This document shows positions 59,017 to 64,000 of a DNA stretch of 64,000 nt, piece by piece. The notes under the pieces are model-generated. The model made no database searches, was not told where the DNA came from, and saw only the letters and a list, made by a program, of their open reading frames with translations. The first letter of the stretch is position 1; each line of letters begins with the position of its first letter. The stretch is from Amphiscolops sp. MND2022 (taxonomy: Eukaryota), in assembly GCA_964187785.1 (NCBI GenBank), contig OZ076409.1, positions 51,462,001 through 51,526,000 of the forward strand, given 5' to 3'. Made by a program: the position numbers and the translations under genes.

Positions 59017-59565
59017 ATGAAACCAACGCCGCTTTTTGGAGGTGCCCTTACCATGCTGATTCCTGAGAATGCCGTGGACGCTAGTAAATTTAGACAGGTC
59101 CCCGATAACCAGGAGGTTTTTCTACACGACAAAAACACCCAAAGTTTAATTATAGACATTCTTGAAATGCCCGATTGTAATTCTGTTGCTTTTTCAAAAC
59201 ACCCAGCATCTTTCCATTTTGAAGTTCTAGGATCTGATAATGAAGTAAATCCCGAAGTACTGAGTAATGGTGTTTTCGAAACCGATTTTGTCAACATACC
59301 TGGCTCAAGTTTTTGCTCAGAATGTGAAGTCTGCGTTTCTTCTGTTTCTGGAATCCAGCCCGTGAAAAAATTCAATCAGTTAGCGGAAACAAACTTGCAG
59401 ATGCATGTCGTGGTTTTCCGACTAGAAGAATTTCAGACCGATATTGTGCTCAGTTTCAACGACCCCGATGATAAAGGAGAAGATGATTGTTGGGATAAAA
59501 ATTTATTTATGGAAATGTCAAAGTCTTTGAGATTACTGGACACATCTCTATTCATCACTCAGTAG
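59017..59565 (+). CDS. RANGRF: Ran guanine nucleotide release factor (Mog1), intronless
   Basis: PLFGGA..DAS.FRQVPDNQEVF..QSLIIDILE and RL..QTDIVLSFNDP..SLRLLD.SLF are Mog1/PsbP family hallmarks. Confidence 0.93.
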   Translation: MKPTPLFGGALTMLIPENAVDASKFRQVPDNQEVFLHDKNTQSLIIDILEMPDCNSVAFSKHPASFHFEVLGSDNEVNPEVLSNGVFETDFVNIPGSSFCSECEVCVSSVSGIQPVKKFNQLAETNLQMHVVVFRLEEFQTDIVLSFNDPDDKGEDDCWDKNLFMEMSKSLRLLDTSLFITQ

Positions 59566-60418
59566 ATTAATCATTTAATTTGAAGAATTTTTTAAATTTC
59601 AGCATTGCCACTTTTACACTGACTTTTCTCGATTTTATCGAATTCGCTTTCCAAGTTTTTAGAATTCTTGAAAAAACTATCATGGTAGTTTTTTTCAACC
59701 ATTTTGTGTCCTTGTACATTTATCACTGTCGTGGACTTATCTTTTTTTCGGGTTACCACTCGAATTTTCCTTCCTCTCAATTCCGTATTTTAAAGACACG
59801 AAGTAACCAAGAAGTAACGAATTTCACTGGTTTCATTTTCAGATAATTCGGGCTCAGTGTTATTAAAAAGGATACTCGAAAGGTCCCTTTTTTCTCCAAT
59901 TCTCATCCAATTTTGCGAATTTGGCATTCGTGACTTGTTAAGTTTCGTCGAGATGTGACCTCATGTTTGACCGCTATTTCAGTGCTATTTTTCTCATGTT
60001 AAGTTGAAGCTTCACCACGTCCAATAAATTGAGCTGGCGTTGAAAATAGATGTTCATGACGCTCATTATTTGATTGTGCTGATCTCATAATTAAAAATAG
60101 TTGAAACAAAATTCAGTCTGAAGTTATCTAGCATCAGAAGTCATCCGTGGTTTAAGTTTCTATTCGTGCTATCCTCAACTGATTTCAAAGGAATAATTGT
60201 TCACATCGTTCATTTTTTTCAACTGAGATTTTTACAATGTACAAATTCGCGCCAACCGTTCAGAAGCTTTTTTGATGGACCAAGACTAAAAATAAGTTTT
60301 CTCATTTAAGTTCGTTTTTTTTCACTGGCTGATCGTCTTATACCCGATGACTTTATTGTCTCGAATTTTTCAGGTAGATTGAATTCTGACGTCATAGAAA
60401 TTCGGCGTCATCAACTGC

Positions 60419-60641
60419 ATGACAATGGAGTTGAGTGGCGGAAGTGTTAGTGCTGTGACGTCGTCGCCTTCCACTTCGTTTACTAGTAGCGGTAGTGGCA
60501 ATGGATGGACAAGTCTTCCAGTGGGTGAAACATGTGAGAAGATAGAGTACTACCAAGAGGTCAATGTCCTATTATGTTATCACCAGCCTCCCGATGGATC
60601 AGGAGCTCGTTGCAGAATCGATGTTCTAGAATCCACAACAG
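60419..60641 (+). CDS. BIRC6: BIRC6/Bruce coding exon 1
   Basis: IEYYQEVNVLL..IDVLESTTG resembles BIRC6 LSYHPALNAIL..IKVIDGTSG. Phase-1 donor G|GTAAAA. Confidence 0.75.
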
Positions 60642-60864
60642 GTAAAATTGTTGTTTGATATGTTGTGTCTTATTGGTTTAAAACGTTTATTTAATTGAAA
60701 ATGAAATACCAGTACTTAGAGTTGCTCAGGATGTTTCAATGCCTAGATTCGTTTGAGATGTATTTCTTGTTGCTTATGGTATTACCTTTTAGTACTTTTG
60801 AAAATCCTGTTCACTGGCTTCGTTATTAAATCCGGGTGTTGACTATAAAGTTATATTGTGACAG

Positions 60865-61067
60865 GACAAACGCTCAGAAGTTATTCTCTTCCATATCCCG
60901 TGGACCACTTGTTGACTCTGCGTAAACAGGAGAAGATCTTGATAGCAAGGGGGGATTTGATTGGTTTCACGAGAGAAGTCGGTGGATGTCTTTATCTCAT
61001 GCCCTGTTTACAACTTCCCGTATCTTCATTACTTGATGAAGTCTTGCTCGAACTCACTTTTGATGAA
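60865..61067 (+). CDS. BIRC6: BIRC6/Bruce coding exon 2
   Basis: ACAG| acceptor and |GTAAGG donor. EKILIARGDLIGFTREVGGCLYLMPCLQLPVSSLLDEVLLEL aligns with DKVIFVDDYAVGCRKDLNGILLLDTALQTPVSKQDDVVQLEL. Confidence 0.82.
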
Positions 61068-61390
61068 GTAAGGATCTCTTCGCTATATAGTTTGTGTATT
61101 TCAAGTTTCCTAACTTGCGCCTTTTAATTAATATTTTTGCGCGAGTTGGAATAATATTGTAACGCGGACAGCATTTTTACCATATCGCGAACGTGTGTTT
61201 ACTAATTAATCATTTGCTGACAGCATTGCTTACATTCAAATACAAATGGAAGTCATTTCCGCTTGTAGCTTCCTCCATTCAAGTAACAAAGCGTATAGTC
61301 CAAGATTTGAATGCTTTCAGTCAAATCTAAAATAGCATTTTCGTAAAATTCAGAATTTAGAATTCTTTTAAATCTTTCAATATTTTTCAG

Positions 61391-61835
61391 GCTAAGGCAT
61401 TACAACCCTGCTTGACCGAATTGAAGACTCTTTATTACGTAGAGGAGAATATGAAACAACTTGCAACTGATATGGAAAACCAACTGGCCTCAAGTTTGAG
61501 TGGATTCTCACAATTGAATGACTCTCACGACCGAGGGTCGCCTGAAACCACAAATTTTGTGAAGAAAATGAAATGGATTAGTGTGAAGTTGAAATTCCAG
61601 CTGAAACAGTTCCTCGATATTATTTGCGCGATTTTCAACTTCAAAGTGGAGTCGAATGGAAAAACAAAAGAAACTAGCAGTGAAGACTGTACAGTTATGC
61701 CTATTCTTTTCAGTATTTTGAACCGACTGGCACCTCTACATGCGGAAGCCCACAGAACCTTTTTGAAACTGGAAGAGCGTGTCAGCAAAGCCAAACAGGG
61801 ACCTCATGACATCACATCTGGCATACATGTTCCAG
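61391..61835 (+). CDS. BIRC6: BIRC6/Bruce coding exon 3 (gene continues beyond the window)
   Basis: TTTTTCAG| acceptor in frame. KMKWISVKLKF and MPILFSILNRL match KVAKWATVTFHL and LPVASSVMDRL. Donor CAG|GTACC. Confidence 0.8.
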
Positions 61836-61976
61836 GTACCTATCTGATTAAACCTCTTGAAAGTACCCAATTAATTACTAGTGAAAAATAGTGTTTCATT
61901 TCAATATGTCTTGCGAGTAAATAATCTAAAATAAATTTTACAAACATTTTATCATTGATTGTTGCATTCATTGATC

Positions 61977-62814
61977 TTTTTTAGTCGGCGCTTTTCTTGA
62001 GAAGAGCCGACTATAGTCATGGCTTTTCGTCGGTTTTTTAATTTTTTTCGATACACCTGAAGTGCCCAAAATAGTTCTACCAAAAGTTCAACAAAATTTA
62101 GCCCAGGGAACTGAACCAAAAAGGTTTCCCGTGTAACATACAATACCAGACGAGACTAAAGGATCCCCTTTTCAGTGTTTTTCGGCATTGTGAGATTTTT
62201 TTGGAAAAAAAATGTTTCCCCAAAGGTCCCCTTCAATTTTTTGGATTTTTTCGACAGAATGGATGTTGAAAAATCCCAAAGGGTCCCCGTCCCCCTTTCA
62301 TTTTTTTCGGCATTGTGAGACATTTCACTAAAAACAACGTTTTGCGAGCATAGAGCACTCCTTAGGATTTTGCCACTATTCCTCAATTTTTAGTTTTTTT
62401 AGATGTCTTGTCTCCAGTTGGGGAAAATGTGGTTCTCAAGTCTTATGCGTATCTTTTTTTAGTCGGCGCTTTTCGTAGAAAATGCAAACTATAGCAGTGA
62501 CTTTTCTTTTTTTAAGACCAACGAAGTGACAAAGTTTTATAAGCTGGCTTGTACTAACATTAACTGCCACACTACTTCTACTGGCACTTGAGGTTAATTA
62601 GGTATTTTTGAGGTCCCCTTTTACATTTTTCGGCACTATGCGACTTACCGGAGAACACAAAAAAATTTTTTAAAAAATTCGAAAAAATTCGGATTTTTTT
62701 TTCATTTTTTTCCTCGTGCATGTGCTGTAGAAGAAAACACTTTGATACTTTGAAGTCCTTTTGCTGTTTTTGAGCCTTAGATATGGCGCCGACTTGGGCC
62801 TGTCCCGGCTTGTT
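61977..62814 (+). mobile_element. Two adjacent or nested Helentron-like elements in a BIRC6 intron
   Basis: 5' motif TTTTAGTCGGCGC at ~61979 and ~62457. 3' GGCGCCGACTTGGGCCTGTCCCGGCTTGTT ends at 62814. Confidence 0.7.
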
Positions 62815-63139
62815 CATTATTCATGCTAAAAAAGATGCAATTTAGCTGCACGAAATTAACAGTATTTCCATTGGCTGATTAGATATTGCATCTCAAATTT
62901 TTTATGCGGTCTCTATTATGGCGGTATTTCTGCAGTCACTGGAAAAATTCTCTATACTACTTGCTGTTCTTTGGTTGTAAAAGTTTGATGAACATTATAA
63001 CTGTGTCAACTTGTATATAGACATTGAGATTCAGACATTAAAATGCGGATTTATACTACCAAAATGGTCTCCATTATAATCGTTCTGAAAATTTTCGGCG
63101 ATAACTTATATCGAAGTTTGAGAGTCATAATTTTCTTTT

Positions 63140-64000
63140 AAAAATGTGCCCGGCTATTATAGTGACTAGTTTTGAATTTTTCGTAAGACTACAGAATGTA
63201 TGCGAATGGTACACTTTTCAACAGTTTGTTCATACCGCCAGTAGTTAGAATGCGCGCTTCCCTAGCAGATGGTCGTCAGTTCGATGCCTTACTCGGACTA
63301 AGTATCTTTGTTTGCAAAAACCTTGACATGTCAAAGGATTCCCCTTTGGTGTTTTTTTTTCGACAGCGGCTTTTTTTACACTTGCGATAAGCAAGTGTTA
63401 TGGGAAAGTGCGGGTGCTTTATTTTTTCCGCGCGACAACTCTCTCGTTTCAGACTGCAAGTCGCATAATTCAGACTTTTTTGGTCTAGCGGAAGATGCTT
63501 GCTTTTCAACCCAGAGGGTCCGGGTTCGAACCCGTGCCTATGCGCCAATTTTTTTTTACAAAATTTTCGAAGCAGAAGATTCTCACTTTTTTCGACAATA
63601 TGAGACGCCCCCCCCCCTCCCCCTTTTCGGCTTTTTGAGACTTATTTTCGAAAATTTTTTAATGTCCCCAAAGGGTTCTCCCTTCATTTTTTTTGATATT
63701 TTGCAACAGAACGAACGTTAAAAAATTCAAAAGGGTCTCTTCTTTCAGATTTTTCGGCACTATGAGACTATTAAAAATTCGCATATTTTCCGAAGTCTCA
63801 AAATGGTCCCCCTTCAATTTTTTTGAAATATCGCAAAAGAATGGATGTTAAAAAGTTTCAAAGAACCCCCCTTTCACAGTTTTCAGCCTTGTGAGATTTT
63901 TCAAAAGTAATAATTTTTGTCTTAAAGTTAGGTTTTCTCAGGCCCAGCACGCTATTTCCGATTTTTTTTCAAAGACCGGTGTTTTTCATATGCGACTTTT
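63140..64000 (+). mobile_element. Partial Helentron-like element with two tRNA-like segments (~63235-63300, ~63475-63545)
   Basis: Family motif AAAATGTGCCCGGCTATTATAGTG and AAAGGGT/CCCC repeats. TGGTCTAGCGG A-box and GGTTCGAACCC B-box. Confidence 0.6.

Noticed and set aside
63475..63545. Functional tRNA-Glu gene
   Set aside because: A and B boxes are present but the acceptor and anticodon stems do not pair; treated as tRNA-derived repeat cargo.

Overview
AT-rich eukaryotic (animal-type) genomic window, mostly transposable elements, with one 200-N gap (23089-23288). All assignments come from motif recognition by eye; no searches were run. Host genes are at the right end: an intronless MOG1/RANGRF (59017-59565) and the first three coding exons of BIRC6/Bruce (60419-61835). 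The largest feature is a young 15.0-kb Ty3/Gypsy LTR retrotransposon (42857-57878) with 713-bp LTRs and an open 2443-aa gag-pol. It also has a pseudo-protease plus protease tandem and an extra 3' reading frame with an AT-hook and two TARG1/DarG-type macrodomain-like folds. It sits inside a TIR element with an 8-bp TSD, which in turn splits a CRE-clade RLE non-LTR retrotransposon in frame. Upstream lies a decayed Maverick/Polinton (adintovirus-like) element (about 27.1-37.5 kb) with a pPolB N-terminal fragment, packaging ATPase, integrase, minor and major capsid and adenain protease. Next to it is an apparently intron-containing tyrosine-recombinase and zinc-finger module (24.1-26.7 kb). The rest comprises an older sibling Gypsy relic, a CR1/L2-like LINE relic, Helentron-like non-autonomous elements (some carrying tRNA-like pieces), MITEs and foldback elements, and a 171-bp satellite. 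Three different foldback-like elements share one structured core of about 190 bp.
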